From: Ignatzschineria sp.
GTDB lineage: Bacteria > Pseudomonadota > Gammaproteobacteria > Cardiobacteriales > Wohlfahrtiimonadaceae
NCBI GenBank assembly: GCA_030150405.1
Contig: JASLFU010000039.1
Span: 182-64,181 of the forward strand
Direction of reading: 5' to 3'
Length of the DNA stretch: 64,000 nt
A program made the position numbers and the translations under genes. The notes under the pieces are model-generated. The model made no database searches, had not been told where the DNA came from, and was given only the letters and a program-made list of their open reading frames with translations. Positions 20,931-32,619 of the stretch are shown one piece after another. Numbering within the stretch: the first letter of the stretch is position 1; every line of letters begins with the position of its first letter.

Positions 20931-21010
20931 AGGTAAGGGCGCTAATTCTAGCGCCTTTATTCCCTACCCTTTCCAATTTATTCACTTTTAAAATTATTGA
21001 GGTATCTATA

Positions 21011-21877
21011 ATGGCGAAAATTACTGCAGCCATGGTAAAAGAGCTCCGTGACCGTACTGGTTCGGGCATGATGGAATGTAAAAAAGCACTCACCGAAACA
21101 GGTGGTGACGTTGATGCAGCAATCGAGCTTATGCGTAAAAGCGGTGCAGCGAGCGCAGAGAAGAAAGCCGATCGTGCAGCAGCTGAAGGTGCTCTCCTTA
21201 TTCGTAACGATGATAAGTTCGGCCTTATCGTTGAGATCAACTGTGAAACAGACTTCGTAACTAAAAACGAAGACTTCATCAACTTCTCAAACAAAGTTGC
21301 TGACCTTGCGTTTGAAAAACGTGCAAAATCGATCGAAGATATTGCAGATATTGAGATTGATGGCCAGCCCCTTGAAGAAGCGCGTACAGCACTAGTTGCT
21401 AAAATTGGTGAAAACATCACTGTTCGTCGTTTAGCAAGCATTGAAGCTAACGGCACAATTGGCGCTTATGTTCACGGCGTACGTATTGCAGCTATCGTTG
21501 ACGTTGAAGGCGGCGATGCTGACCTTGCTCGTGACATCGCAATGCACGTTGCAGCTACAAACCCTGTATGTGTAGACGCAGATAACGTTCCTGCAGATCT
21601 TCTTGCAAAAGAGCGTGATATCTACACTGCGCAAGCAAAAGAATCAGGACGCCCTGAGAACATTCAAGAGAAGATGATTGAAGGAAGAATGCGTAAATAT
21701 CTCGAAGAGATTACTCTCGTAGGTCAAGCATTCGTTAAAGATCCCGATACATCTGTAGAAAAGCTTCTTAAATCAAATAACGCAAAAGTTCACTCCTTTG
21801 TACGCTTTGGCTTAGGCGAAGGTGTTGAAGTTAATGAGACTGACTTTGCAACAGAAGTTATGGAGCAGCTCAAATAA
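21011..21877 (+). CDS. tsf: Elongation factor Ts
   Basis: VKELR.RTG.GMMECKKAL, NCETDFV. Confidence 0.99.
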   Translation: MAKITAAMVKELRDRTGSGMMECKKALTETGGDVDAAIELMRKSGAASAEKKADRAAAEGALLIRNDDKFGLIVEINCETDFVTKNEDFINFSNKVADLAFEKRAKSIEDIADIEIDGQPLEEARTALVAKIGENITVRRLASIEANGTIGAYVHGVRIAAIVDVEGGDADLARDIAMHVAATNPVCVDADNVPADLLAKERDIYTAQAKESGRPENIQEKMIEGRMRKYLEEITLVGQAFVKDPDTSVEKLLKSNNAKVHSFVRFGLGEGVEVNETDFATEVMEQLK

Positions 21878-21901
21878 GAGCACTTCTCCAAAAAATAACC
21901 A

Positions 21902-21937
21902 AAAAAAGGGTTAAAGAGTAATCTTTAACCCTTTTTT
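21902..21937 (+). terminator. Intrinsic terminator of rpsB-tsf (bidirectional shape)
   Basis: AAAAAAGGGTTAAAGA-GTAA-TCTTTAACCCTTTTTT. Confidence 0.85.
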
Positions 21938-22069
21938 AATGCCTACGTTAAATCTGCCCTTCCCTTTTTATAACTATTGAAGTCTTAATAATAGAGAAGA
22001 ATAAAAAAGCCCCTTTAACGAGGCGCTTTCGAAATTTATCTAATGATCACGTTCACTTAAAAGTGAAAA

Positions 22070-22648
22070 TTACTTCTTCTTTTTAGGTCGGAATGCGGAG
22101 CAAACCTCCTCATTCACCTCTATATACCCTGCCCCGATAAGATCTAAACAATACGGTACAGCAGAGAAAACTCCGTTTACAACAATATTTCCCTCTTTAT
22201 CTTTAACCCCGGCGAGCGTCTCCTCAATAGCTCGAGGCTGCCCGGGAAGATTGAGAATCAGAGTCTCTTTACGGATAACGCCTACCTGCCTTGAGAGAAT
22301 TGCCGTAGGCACAAAGTAGAGACTCACTTGCCGCATCTGCTCTCCAAAGCCGGGCATCTCCTTATCTGCCACCGCCAAGGTTGCATCGGGCGTTACATCT
22401 CGTTTAGTGGGCCCTGTTCCCCCAGTGGTGAGCACTAAATCACACGATTTTTGGTCTACAAGATCAATCAGTGTCTTTTCAATTAAAGGCTGATCATCGG
22501 GAATCAATGCCTCATGAAACTCGATCTCATTTTTAATTGCCGAAGTGAGCCAGCTTTTAAGATGGGGAATTCCCTTATCTTCATATACGCCGTCACTTGC
22601 GCGATCACTGACAGAAACCAAACCGATAGTAATTTTTTCCTGCTTCAT
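22070..22648 (-). CDS. mog: Molybdopterin adenylyltransferase
   Basis: SVSDRAS.GVY.D, TTGGTGP..RDVTPDAT, AILSRQ, NLPGQP. Confidence 0.95.
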   Translation of the reverse strand: MKQEKITIGLVSVSDRASDGVYEDKGIPHLKSWLTSAIKNEIEFHEALIPDDQPLIEKTLIDLVDQKSCDLVLTTGGTGPTKRDVTPDATLAVADKEMPGFGEQMRQVSLYFVPTAILSRQVGVIRKETLILNLPGQPRAIEETLAGVKDKEGNIVVNGVFSAVPYCLDLIGAGYIEVNEEVCSAFRPKKKK

Positions 22649-22727
22649 AATTCCCTAAAAAATTTGGAGATAAAAGATCATAAGATCGATTATCTCCAGT
22701 TGATGAATACTCTATTGAATGAAACGA

Positions 22728-24194
22728 TTATAAGAACATCAGTAATAATGAAGGCGCAACTCCTAAAAGCACTAGCGCTAGACCATTTAAAGTAAAGAGC
22801 ATGGTGCTACCGGGCGTAACTTCTACTGTTAAAGTATTCTCCGCTTCAGGTTCATCAAAGAACATCACTTTAATCACCCGGAGGTAATAGAAGAGTCCAA
22901 TCACCGACATTAAAAGGCCAATGATCACTGTAAAGATAAAGCCTGCTTCAAATGCTGCTTTTAATACTAAAAGCTTGGCATGGAAACCTACAAAAATCGG
23001 AATTCCTCCCATCGAAAGCATCGCTCCCGACATTAAGAGTGCATACCAGCCGTGGGTACGCGCAAAGCCTTTAAGCTCATCGATCTGCTGAATACCCTTT
23101 CCGTTATTACTTACAGAGAGGATAAAACCAAAGGCTGCAACTGTAGTTAAAGCATAAGTAATGGCATAAAAAAGGCCTGCAGAGATATCGAGTGAGCTAT
23201 TCATAGAGCTTACAAAGAGCCCTAAAAGAATAAAACCGGCATGAGAAACTGCAGAATAACCGAGCATACGGCGAAGATTTTCTTGTTTAAGCGCAATAAG
23301 ATTTCCTAATACAAAGGAGATAATCGCAATCATCGCTAATAGCGGCTTCCATTTATCTGCCAAGCTAAAGCCAACATTATGAAGGAGCAGTACCCCCATC
23401 ATAAATGCGGCAATTTTAGGAGCGGCTCCTACAAACATCGCAACCGGTGCAGGTGCTCCCTCATACACATCGGGCACCCAACTATGGAAGGGAGCGGCAC
23501 CGAGCTTAAATACTGTACCCACAATCAAGAAAACTACAGCAAAGAGCAGTAAACGATTCTCCCCTGCAAAGGAGAGCTCTTCAATATTGACGCCAAGATC
23601 AGCAAAACGGAGAGAGCCCGTCGCTCCATAAAGAAGCGCCATACCGTAAAGGAGAATCCCCGATGCCATCGCCCCCATCACAAAGTATTTAATCGCAGCT
23701 TCTGAGCCCTTCTTACTTTTACGATTCAACGCCACTAAGCCATACATCGGAAGCGACATTAACTCAAGCCCGATATAGAGCGTTAACACACTACCTGCTG
23801 AGATTAATACCAACATACCTAAGGTGCTCAAAAGCGTTAATACATAATATTCTGCATTTGCCAGATCTACCGACTTTAAGCGGGGATAGCTATAGATAAT
23901 TCCAAAGCCCACAATCGCTACCAAAATCAGTTTTAAAACACCAATTAATGAGGTGTGGATGATCTCTCCATACCAAAAGCTTCCGGCCATTCCAAAATCA
24001 GCATTATATTGATAGATACCTAAAATACCGGTACCTATAATGGCTATTAAGCTCAATGCGTAGAGCGTTGCATGCTTTGCATTTTTGCTAAGGCTCTCAT
24101 ATAGCAGAATCACCACCACCATGCTCATCAAAAAGATCTCAGGGAGAGCGACGAGCATATCGGTTAAATTAAGACCTACATTACTACTTGTCAT
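22728..24194 (-). CDS. nuoN: NADH-quinone oxidoreductase subunit N
   Basis: EAAIKYF, FKLGAAPFH.W.PDVYEGAP; last gene of the nuo operon; start taken as ATG 24194. Confidence 0.95.
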   Translation of the reverse strand: MTSSNVGLNLTDMLVALPEIFLMSMVVVILLYESLSKNAKHATLYALSLIAIIGTGILGIYQYNADFGMAGSFWYGEIIHTSLIGVLKLILVAIVGFGIIYSYPRLKSVDLANAEYYVLTLLSTLGMLVLISAGSVLTLYIGLELMSLPMYGLVALNRKSKKGSEAAIKYFVMGAMASGILLYGMALLYGATGSLRFADLGVNIEELSFAGENRLLLFAVVFLIVGTVFKLGAAPFHSWVPDVYEGAPAPVAMFVGAAPKIAAFMMGVLLLHNVGFSLADKWKPLLAMIAIISFVLGNLIALKQENLRRMLGYSAVSHAGFILLGLFVSSMNSSLDISAGLFYAITYALTTVAAFGFILSVSNNGKGIQQIDELKGFARTHGWYALLMSGAMLSMGGIPIFVGFHAKLLVLKAAFEAGFIFTVIIGLLMSVIGLFYYLRVIKVMFFDEPEAENTLTVEVTPGSTMLFTLNGLALVLLGVAPSLLLMFL

Positions 24195-24207
24195 TGTATA
24201 ACTTCCT

Positions 24208-25716
24208 TTAGAACTGACCCTGCAAATGATTAATAAGACCATCAATTGTCGATTGCATTACATTTGCAATCGGATCAGGCCATACCCCTAATAAGATGAT
24301 GAGAACCGCAAGCGTTCCAAGCAGAATCCACTCACGAATATTGAGATCATCTAATGCTTTAATATGCTCATGTACCGCTTCACCTAAGATTACACGCTTG
24401 GTTAACCAGAGGTTGTACGCAGCACTTAAAATTAGCGCTGACGCCGCTAAAATCGCGATATAGAGCGAGTAATGGAAACCTGCAAGTACCGTCCAGAACT
24501 CTCCGATAAAGCCAGAAGTCCCCGGAAGGCCTGAGTTTGCCATCGCAAAGAAGATAAAGAATGCACCAAAGATCGGCATGCTATTAATAACGCCCCCATA
24601 ATCTGCAATTTCACGGGAGTGAACACGATCATAAAGCACACCGATAGAGAGGAACATCGCTGATGAAACTAACCCGTGGGAAATCATCTGCATCATCCCC
24701 CCTTGAAGAGCCATCTGCGCACCCTCAATTCCCCCTTTCCCTAAAATCCCAAAGGGAAGCATAAATGCCAGCGTTACAAAACCCATATGTGAGATAGAGG
24801 AGTAAGCAATCATCTTCTTCATATCACGCTGCACAAGCGCAACAAGCGCAATGTAGATAATCGCAATAATACTTAAAGTGATCACCAACCAAGCATAAGC
24901 TGCAGCGCCTTCAGGCACGATAGGAAGAATAAAGCGAACAAAACCATATCCCCCAATCTTGAGCGTGATGGCCGCAAGAATTACCGAGCCCCCTGTAGGT
25001 GCTTCAACGTGTGCAGAAGGTAACCAAGTATGCACAGGCCACATCGGAACTTTAACCGCAAAACCGGCTAAAAATGCGAAGAAGAGCCATTTTTGTGTAC
25101 CCGGTTCAAGCACAAGCTGATGGTAATCCAAAATATTAAAGCTGCCGCTCTGAAGGTAGAGATAAATTAATGCCACTAAAAGGAAGATCGACCCTAAGAA
25201 GGTATAGAGGAAGAACTTCACCGCAGCGACAATTCTACCAGGCCCACCCCAAACCCCGATAATTAAGAACATCGGGATTAGCATGGCTTCGAAGAAGACA
25301 TAGAAAAGAATTCCATCTACTGAAGCAAAGATACCATTCATTAAACCTTCGAGGATTAAAAAGGCCGCAAAATATTGATTTTGACGATCTTTGATCACCT
25401 CCCAACCTGCAATCACCACTAAAATTGTGACGAAAGTTGTTAGGATAATAAAGGGCATCGAAAAGCCATCAACCCCTAAATGGTAGAGCGTTTTGATCTG
25501 GGGACTCCATTCAAATTGCTCCACGAACTGCATTCCACCATCACCAGGATTAAACAGGAAAAATAGTGGTAACGAAATAATAAATGTAAGGATAGCAAAG
25601 GCTAATGACATCCAGCGTACTCGCGTTGGCTCATTCCCCGCCGCAAGTACAATGAATCCCCCAATAATGGGTAGCCAAATAACTAAACTTAACCAAGAGA
25701 TTTGCATAGTTTCCAT
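24208..25716 (-). CDS. nuoM: NADH-quinone oxidoreductase subunit M
   Basis: VKVPMWPVHTWLP.AHVEAPTGGS. Confidence 0.97.
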   Translation of the reverse strand: METMQISWLSLVIWLPIIGGFIVLAAGNEPTRVRWMSLAFAILTFIISLPLFFLFNPGDGGMQFVEQFEWSPQIKTLYHLGVDGFSMPFIILTTFVTILVVIAGWEVIKDRQNQYFAAFLILEGLMNGIFASVDGILFYVFFEAMLIPMFLIIGVWGGPGRIVAAVKFFLYTFLGSIFLLVALIYLYLQSGSFNILDYHQLVLEPGTQKWLFFAFLAGFAVKVPMWPVHTWLPSAHVEAPTGGSVILAAITLKIGGYGFVRFILPIVPEGAAAYAWLVITLSIIAIIYIALVALVQRDMKKMIAYSSISHMGFVTLAFMLPFGILGKGGIEGAQMALQGGMMQMISHGLVSSAMFLSIGVLYDRVHSREIADYGGVINSMPIFGAFFIFFAMANSGLPGTSGFIGEFWTVLAGFHYSLYIAILAASALILSAAYNLWLTKRVILGEAVHEHIKALDDLNIREWILLGTLAVLIILLGVWPDPIANVMQSTIDGLINHLQGQF

Positions 25717-25725
25717 TGTTTATTC

Positions 25726-27720
25726 CTAGTTAAAAAATACAACCCATGTCATGAGACCTAACAAGCCGATTACCATTAAAAATGCAGCATGATAAACGTA
25801 ACCTGTCTGGATGCGTCTAAAGCCTGCGCCTAACGCCGATGCAACACGTGAAGCACCGAAAACTAAGCCTTGGTCAATCACTTTTTCATCAATCTTCGCC
25901 CATAAAGTGCGACCTAATGCCACAGCCCCATTGGCAAAGAACTTCTGATTGATATCGTCGAGATAATATTTATTATCAAATACCTTATAGAGCCCCGACT
26001 TCACCAATGTCTCTTTTGCACGCTCTGCTACTTTCGGTTGCGCTAAGAAGGCATACCAAGCCACCACAACCCCTGCAATTGTGAGATAGAAGGCAGGAGC
26101 AATCAGCGCCTCTTTCGTCATCTCCATAGAGCTCACAAAGCTCTCTTTCATCGCAAGTGCTGCTGGATGTACAGCGTCAAATACCGTAATAGACTCCTTC
26201 AGGAACTCTCCTGAGATCATCGTTGGCGCCATCCACCAACCTAAAAGCACAGAGGGAATAGCTAATAAGATAAGAGGAAGAGTCACCACCCAAGGAGACT
26301 CTTTGGGCGCTTCAGGAAGAATCCCTTGAATTGCTCCATCTGTGGTTTTATCCACTTCATAACGGGCTTCGCCATGGAAAACCATAAAGTACATTCTAAA
26401 GGTATAGAGTGCCGTTAAGAAGACCCCGATAAGTAGGGAGTATTTAGCAAAACCCGATCCAAAAATCGTACTGTTATCGAGCGCCATTACAATACCCTCT
26501 TTCGAATAGTAGCCTGAGAAAAATGGCATCCCGATTAAAGCCAAAGCCCCTAAAAGAGTAGTAATCCAAGTAATAGGCATCCGTTTGCGAAGGCCGCCCA
26601 TAAAGCGCATATCTTGTTCATGACTCATACCAATAATTACAGAACCCGCTCCTAAGAAGAGCAGCGCTTTAAAAAAGGCGTGCGTTGTTAAATGGAACGC
26701 CGCTAATGAGTAGGTTGACGCCCCTAACGCAACAGTCATATAACCGAGCTGTGAAATTGTTGAGTATGCAATCACACGCTTAATATCATTCTGGAAGAGC
26801 CCAAGGATTCCCATAAAGAGCGCAGTAATCGCCCCTAAGATCAGTACCATCGAGAGCGCTGCACTTGAAAGCTCATAGATCGGCGACATCCGCGCAACCA
26901 TAAAGATGCCCGCTGTAACCATCGTTGCTGCGTGAATAAGCGCTGAGATCGGAGTAGGACCTTCCATAGAATCGGGCAACCAAACATGCAAAGGAACTTG
27001 TGCCGATTTACCCATCGCTCCAATAAAGAGGAATACGGCAGCAAAGGTCATGATATTCCACTCACTACCTAAAAAGGAGAGAGTGCCCGCAGCATTCTCA
27101 AGCTCTGCAAATGCGCCGGAGTAGGTTAAAGAGTTGGTCATAAAGACAACACATGCAATCCCTACTAAGAATCCAAAGTCCCCCACCCGGTTTACTAAGA
27201 ACGCCTTCATATTCGCGTAAGTAGCCGTAGGTTTTTTAAACCAGAAACCGATCAAGAGATAAGAGACTAAACCTACTGCCTCCCAGCCGAAGAAGAGCTG
27301 CATGAAGTTATTAGACATCACGAGCATCAACATCGAAAAGGTAAAGAGCGAGATATAGCTAAAGAAGCGATTGTAGCCAGGATCACCCTTCATATAGCCG
27401 ATGGAATAGATATGAACCATTAAAGAAACGGAAGTAATCACCACCATCATCATTGCGGTGAGGTTATCGACTAAAAAGCCAACCCCAACACTAATGCCGC
27501 CTACATCCATCCAGGTATAGATATTCTCATCAAAGATCGGAGCATAGCCATTCACATGTTGCGATAACACATAAAGAGAGAGCGCCGCCGCAACACCAAC
27601 AAAAAGAATTGTGACGCTATGTGCCACTTTTTGAGGGATCACCCGGCAGAAGAGCCCAGCGATCATCGAGCCAAAAAGAGGCAATAAGACAATTAAAAGA
27701 TATATGCTTTTTAATTCCAT
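25726..27720 (-). CDS. nuoL: NADH-quinone oxidoreductase subunit L
   Basis: GKSAQVPLHVWLPDSMEGPTPISALIHAATMV. Confidence 0.97.
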   Translation of the reverse strand: MELKSIYLLIVLLPLFGSMIAGLFCRVIPQKVAHSVTILFVGVAAALSLYVLSQHVNGYAPIFDENIYTWMDVGGISVGVGFLVDNLTAMMMVVITSVSLMVHIYSIGYMKGDPGYNRFFSYISLFTFSMLMLVMSNNFMQLFFGWEAVGLVSYLLIGFWFKKPTATYANMKAFLVNRVGDFGFLVGIACVVFMTNSLTYSGAFAELENAAGTLSFLGSEWNIMTFAAVFLFIGAMGKSAQVPLHVWLPDSMEGPTPISALIHAATMVTAGIFMVARMSPIYELSSAALSMVLILGAITALFMGILGLFQNDIKRVIAYSTISQLGYMTVALGASTYSLAAFHLTTHAFFKALLFLGAGSVIIGMSHEQDMRFMGGLRKRMPITWITTLLGALALIGMPFFSGYYSKEGIVMALDNSTIFGSGFAKYSLLIGVFLTALYTFRMYFMVFHGEARYEVDKTTDGAIQGILPEAPKESPWVVTLPLILLAIPSVLLGWWMAPTMISGEFLKESITVFDAVHPAALAMKESFVSSMEMTKEALIAPAFYLTIAGVVVAWYAFLAQPKVAERAKETLVKSGLYKVFDNKYYLDDINQKFFANGAVALGRTLWAKIDEKVIDQGLVFGASRVASALGAGFRRIQTGYVYHAAFLMVIGLLGLMTWVVFFN

Positions 27721-27722
27721 TG

Positions 27723-28031
27723 TTAGCCTCTTAACTCGTTAATTTCATCAACATTAATATCGCCGCGATTCTTAAAGACAAGTACTAAAATCGCAAGCCC
27801 GATAGCCGCTTCTGCCGCTGCTACTGCTAGCGTGAAGAAGACAAAGATCTGACCATGTAGATCGGCTGAAAACTGAGAAAATGCCACAAATAGGATACTG
27901 CTTGATAGAAGCATGAGCTCTATACACATCAACAGAACAATTAAGTTCCGGCGATTGATAAAGATCCCCGCTGCACTAATGCCAAAGAGTATCGTTGATA
28001 GAATGACATAATCGCTAATGACTAAATTCAT
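27723..28031 (-). CDS. nuoK: NADH-quinone oxidoreductase subunit K
   Basis: [23 protein letters not shown]. Confidence 0.96.
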   Translation of the reverse strand: MNLVISDYVILSTILFGISAAGIFINRRNLIVLLMCIELMLLSSSILFVAFSQFSADLHGQIFVFFTLAVAAAEAAIGLAILVLVFKNRGDINVDEINELRG

Positions 28032-28033
28032 CT

Positions 28034-28711
28034 CTATTTCTCCCCCTCATCCACTTTTTCGGCCTCTGCCTCTTCTTGTTCTGGCGTCGGCGCAACTACC
28101 GCAGATGCCATCTGTACAACACGCACTCGATCTTTTGGATCCACCTTAATCTGTTTCGATACAGGAACATCCAGCCTGCGAAGTGGCCCAATACGACGCG
28201 TTAATGCGATTGCAGCGATCATGGCAACAAGTAAGATAAGTGCCGTTGCTTCAAATGCATAGATATACTCTGTATAGAGCAATACACCTAGCTCTTGTGC
28301 GTTCGTTAAATCACTGCCTGCTCGCAATGTTTCCACCCCTGTTGCAAGCTCATATTTAGAAGCAATTAAACTATCGCCCCCAAGCACTACGATTAAGATC
28401 TCCGCTACAATCACCGCTACAACTAAAAGAGCAATCGGCAGATATTTTACAAATCCCTCTCTTAACATATCGTGCGGAATATCGAGCATCATCACTGCAA
28501 AGAGGAAGAAGACCATCACCGCGCCACAATAGATAATAATCAATGATAGCGCGAGAAACTCTGCCTGAAGCAACATCCAGCTACAGCTCACCGTAACAAA
28601 GACTAAAACCAGATGGAGAACAGAGGTCATTGTATTTTTTGCTGCAATGACACGGATTGCAGAATAGACCGTAATCAGCGCAAAAATATAAAAAAGTATC
28701 TTAAATAACAT
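28034..28711 (-). CDS. nuoJ: NADH-quinone oxidoreductase subunit J
   Basis: AEFLA...IIIY.GAVMV.FLF..MML; operon position. Confidence 0.94.
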   Translation of the reverse strand: MLFKILFYIFALITVYSAIRVIAAKNTMTSVLHLVLVFVTVSCSWMLLQAEFLALSLIIIYCGAVMVFFLFAVMMLDIPHDMLREGFVKYLPIALLVVAVIVAEILIVVLGGDSLIASKYELATGVETLRAGSDLTNAQELGVLLYTEYIYAFEATALILLVAMIAAIALTRRIGPLRRLDVPVSKQIKVDPKDRVRVVQMASAVVAPTPEQEEAEAEKVDEGEK

Positions 28712-28721
28712 CTCTATCTCC

Positions 28722-29213
28722 TTAGTATGAATTTGAGTCTAGAGCACGATCCGCTGCGATCTGCACTTCATACTTATCACCGATCGCAAGAAGAGTCTCT
28801 TTAGTGACAATATTGTCCCCCTTCTCCTCCATGTGATACTCAAATACACGAGTTAACACAATGGAATCGACTGGGCATGCTTGCTCACAAAGGCCACAGA
28901 AAATACATTTAAAGAGATCAATATCGTATCGTGTTGTACGGCGTGTCCCATCATCCCGCTCCTCAGTATCAATTGTAATAGCTAATGCAGGGCAGACTGC
29001 CTCACAAAGTTTACAAGCGATACATCGCTCTTCACCATTAGGATAACGACGAAGGGCATGTAAGCCTCGAAAACGATTGGACTGCGGCGTCTTTTCTTCT
29101 GGATAAGAGACGGTAAACTTCGGTCTCCAGAGATAGCGCCAGGTGATCCCTAAACCTTTACGCAACTCTTTTAGAGTGAACGTGTCGTAAAGTGATTTTA
29201 AATATTTAAACAT
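28722..29213 (-). CDS. nuoI: NADH-quinone oxidoreductase subunit I
   Basis: Two CxxCxxCxxxCP ferredoxin motifs; [17 protein letters not shown]. Confidence 0.98.
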   Translation of the reverse strand: MFKYLKSLYDTFTLKELRKGLGITWRYLWRPKFTVSYPEEKTPQSNRFRGLHALRRYPNGEERCIACKLCEAVCPALAITIDTEERDDGTRRTTRYDIDLFKCIFCGLCEQACPVDSIVLTRVFEYHMEEKGDNIVTKETLLAIGDKYEVQIAADRALDSNSY

Positions 29214-29235
29214 TAATAATCCCTACCCTATTTCT

Positions 29236-30288
29236 CTAGAACCAAGGTTTTAAGCCGATGCCATACATCACCAGAACAACGGCAATCCAAATAAGCGCAA
29301 TCGGAATAAAGAACTTCCAACCTAAACGCATAATTTGGTCATAACGATAACCTGGGAATGTGGCTCTTACCCAAATAATTGCAAAGAGGAAAAACGCCAT
29401 TTTGAGGAACATCCAATAGATCCCATCGCTCGCTAAAAAGGAGAGAAGTGGGATATTTTCGATCACCGCCACGCCCGATAGAGGGGATAGCCAACCTCCA
29501 AAAAAGAGAAGCGTAATAAGTGCGGACATTAAGATCATATTGGCATATTCCGCTAGGTAGAAGCTTGCAAATCCTGTTCCGGAGTATTCAGTAAAGAATC
29601 CTGCAATGATCTCCGACTCCCCCTCTACAACAGCAAAGGGTGCACGATTAAGCTCTGCTAATCCTGCGATAAAGTAGATCACTGCCATCGGAAAGAGGGG
29701 AATAAAATACCAGTTTATTAACCCTAAAGAGCCCGATTGCGCTTTAACAATATCGGTGAGATTTAAGCTACCTGCGATCATCACCACTGTAATTAAAGCA
29801 AAACCCATAGCCAGCTCATAAGAGACCACTTGCGCTGCACTTCGCACAGCTCCAAAGATCGCAAATTTAGAGTTAGATCCCCAGCCCCCTAAAAGCGATG
29901 CGTAGATCCCTAACGAAGTCATCGCTAAAATATAAAGAAGGCTTGAGTCCATCGCTGAGCCCACTAACCCCTCCCCAAAGGGGATCACCGCCCAAGCGGC
30001 AAAAGAGGTTGTGACCGCAATAAAGGGAGCAATAACAAACATTGCTTTGTTCGCTGCCGAAGGGATCACCCACTCTTTGAAGATCATCTTAATAAGATCC
30101 GCAAAAGGCTGAAGCAATCCCCATGGGCCAACCTGATTTGGGCCTAAGCGGATATGCATATATCCTAAAATTTTACGCTCTGCTAATGTTAAATATGCAA
30201 CAGCAATAACCATCGGCAAGATAATCGCCAATGTTTTTAGCAAAGACCAAACTAAAGGATAGTGAATAATCGCCATAATCATATCCAT
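29236..30288 (-). CDS. nuoH: NADH-quinone oxidoreductase subunit H
   Basis: ERKI.G.M..R.GPN.VGP.GLLQP.AD, E.NR.PF, RYDQIM.LGWK. Confidence 0.97.
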   Translation of the reverse strand: MDMIMAIIHYPLVWSLLKTLAIILPMVIAVAYLTLAERKILGYMHIRLGPNQVGPWGLLQPFADLIKMIFKEWVIPSAANKAMFVIAPFIAVTTSFAAWAVIPFGEGLVGSAMDSSLLYILAMTSLGIYASLLGGWGSNSKFAIFGAVRSAAQVVSYELAMGFALITVVMIAGSLNLTDIVKAQSGSLGLINWYFIPLFPMAVIYFIAGLAELNRAPFAVVEGESEIIAGFFTEYSGTGFASFYLAEYANMILMSALITLLFFGGWLSPLSGVAVIENIPLLSFLASDGIYWMFLKMAFFLFAIIWVRATFPGYRYDQIMRLGWKFFIPIALIWIAVVLVMYGIGLKPWF

Positions 30289-32619
30289 TTACTTAGCCTC
30301 CCCTAGAGTTTTATAAAATTGTGTCGCCCCAGCATACTCAGTGGGAATACGCACACAACCTGCCGCAACCTTTTCAGATACTCTCGATCTAAAACCTGCC
30401 TCTGCAGAGAAGTTTTGCATACCTGTGGCCTCTTCTGCTTGATTATTAAAGGCAATGCGAGATTTTGCGGCTAAAGGTGTTTTCTGTAGCGCTGTAGCCC
30501 GGCGAGTATAAGCGTTAACAGAGTAGATAGAAGTCACCGGAATAGCGGTTAATCCCTCTCGCTTTTCAGCTTGATAAGTTGCCGAAGTTGTCTCAACAAA
30601 ATTGGTCGCCTTATCGATCTGCTCGCCAAATTGAGCCATCCACTCCTCAAGAAGATCGCTTGAGCTTACTTGCTCAAAGCCCTCGAGCTTAAAGTAGTTT
30701 CCTAAAACTCGGAGAATCTTCCAAATAGGACGCGCTTCCCCTACAGGAAGGCTTGCAGATTGAAGCGTCTGCACATTACCCTCAAGACTCATAAAGCTTC
30801 CTGAGGTCTCTCCCCAAGCAGCTCCGGGAAGGATGACATTGGCCATCGATTTAAGGGCATCACTTGCAAATGGAGTGATCGCAATCACAGCCTCTGCTTT
30901 TTCCACCATCTCTTTAAAAGCGCTGCGCTCCGCAAAATCGGCTTCCTCAATGGCACCAACTAGCACTAAGGCTTTAAGGTCGCTCTCTAACATCTCAGAA
31001 AGATTAAAGCCTGCAGCCTTAGCGCCTAGTCCGGTTAATTCAGCTCCGGAACTATTTGCTCCCTCTGTAAAATAACCAAAGCTTGCGCCGGTGATCTCTG
31101 CAATCTCCTTCGCTAAGGCCCGAATCGCTCCAAAGTTAGGATGCGCAATCGCTTCCCGACCTAAGACGACCCAACCCTTTTCGCCTGAAAGCAGTTGCTT
31201 CGCTACATTGTTCGCGACCTCAGAATCGTTCGCATCTTCAAGCAGTCTACTTAATGCGCCACTGGGGGTAACTCCCTTTTCTGCTGCTACAGCTTTTAAG
31301 GTTGTCGCTAATTCTGCTACCCAATCATAAGGATGCGCGACAATTACATTCTCCATCTCATGGAGCTGGTCAGCATTGTAAGTACCGAGCAAGGAGACTT
31401 TAGCCCCTCTCTTTACCGCATCCCGTAAACGGATCGCCAATACCGGCACTTCCATGCGGGGATCAGCACCTACAAGAAAGATCGAATCTAACTGATTCAC
31501 TTCTGGAATCTTAAGCCCTAGACCACGGAAGAGCGGCTCATCTTTATCGCCACTAAAATCTCTCTGATTAAATCGATAATCGATATTATGGATACCTAAG
31601 CCTTCGCTCAATTTTTTTGTTAGCTGCATCTCCTCGAGCGTTGCTAAAGGAGAGACTAAAACACCAATTTTATCTGCACCATACTTCTCTAAAGCACCTT
31701 CAAGCAGAAGCGTCGTTGCAGTTAGAGCAGACTCCCAAGAGGTTTTTTCGAGATTTCCTTCACCATCATCAATCAGTGGTATTGTCGCTCGATCATCGGC
31801 ATGGAGAGCCTCGTAACTAAAGCGGTCTCGGTCGGAGATCCACGCCTCATTAATAGCGTCATTTCTACGTGCAGCTACCCGCTCCACACGCCCCCGAAGG
31901 GTATGTATTTCGGTATTTGTTCCTAACCCATCATGTACGCTAACAGAAGCATGATTCACATACTCCCATGGGCGAGCCTTATATTTAGAGGGCTTTGCCG
32001 TTAACGCGCCAACAGGGCAGATATCGATAATATTCCCCGAAACTTCTGAAGTTAAGGAGTGTTCAATATAGGTCGTAATCTCTAAACGATCGCCACGATC
32101 AACCCCGCCCAGTTCACGTAAACCTGCAATCTCATCACCATAACGCACGCAACGTGTACATTGGATACAGCGATTCATAAAGGTTTCAACTAAGGGACCG
32201 ATATCGATCTTCTCAACATGGCGTTTCTCTTCAATAAAGAGAGAATTATTTTGCCCATATTCTGCCGAATAATCTTGCAATTCACACTCGCCACCCTGAT
32301 CACAGATCGGACAATCTAAAGGGTGATTAATAAGGAGAAACTCCATCACCGCTTTTTGTGCTTCTCGCGCTTTCTCGCTTCGGGTACGCACTACCATTCC
32401 ATCCATAATGGGCGTTGCACATGCAGGCGCAGGTTTCGGCATACGCTCCACATCCACTAAACACATGCGGCAGCTCGCAGCAATCGATAGTTTATCGTGA
32501 TAGCAGAAACGAGGGATCGTAATTCCTTCTCGATCTGCAACTTCAATGAGCATCGAGCCTGCTGGCGCTTCTATTTTCTTGCCATCAATTTCGATAGTGA
32601 GCAGATTTTCATTAGTCAT
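30289..32619 (-). CDS. nuoG: NADH-quinone oxidoreductase subunit G
   Basis: [35 protein letters not shown] 32619 overlaps the nuoF stop. Confidence 0.97.
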   Translation of the reverse strand: MTNENLLTIEIDGKKIEAPAGSMLIEVADREGITIPRFCYHDKLSIAASCRMCLVDVERMPKPAPACATPIMDGMVVRTRSEKAREAQKAVMEFLLINHPLDCPICDQGGECELQDYSAEYGQNNSLFIEEKRHVEKIDIGPLVETFMNRCIQCTRCVRYGDEIAGLRELGGVDRGDRLEITTYIEHSLTSEVSGNIIDICPVGALTAKPSKYKARPWEYVNHASVSVHDGLGTNTEIHTLRGRVERVAARRNDAINEAWISDRDRFSYEALHADDRATIPLIDDGEGNLEKTSWESALTATTLLLEGALEKYGADKIGVLVSPLATLEEMQLTKKLSEGLGIHNIDYRFNQRDFSGDKDEPLFRGLGLKIPEVNQLDSIFLVGADPRMEVPVLAIRLRDAVKRGAKVSLLGTYNADQLHEMENVIVAHPYDWVAELATTLKAVAAEKGVTPSGALSRLLEDANDSEVANNVAKQLLSGEKGWVVLGREAIAHPNFGAIRALAKEIAEITGASFGYFTEGANSSGAELTGLGAKAAGFNLSEMLESDLKALVLVGAIEEADFAERSAFKEMVEKAEAVIAITPFASDALKSMANVILPGAAWGETSGSFMSLEGNVQTLQSASLPVGEARPIWKILRVLGNYFKLEGFEQVSSSDLLEEWMAQFGEQIDKATNFVETTSATYQAEKREGLTAIPVTSIYSVNAYTRRATALQKTPLAAKSRIAFNNQAEEATGMQNFSAEAGFRSRVSEKVAAGCVRIPTEYAGATQFYKTLGEAK

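Noticed and set aside
20755..21456. 233-aa antisense ORF over rpsB/tsf
   Set aside because: Shadow ORF caused by the codon bias of highly expressed genes; no RBS or recognisable motifs
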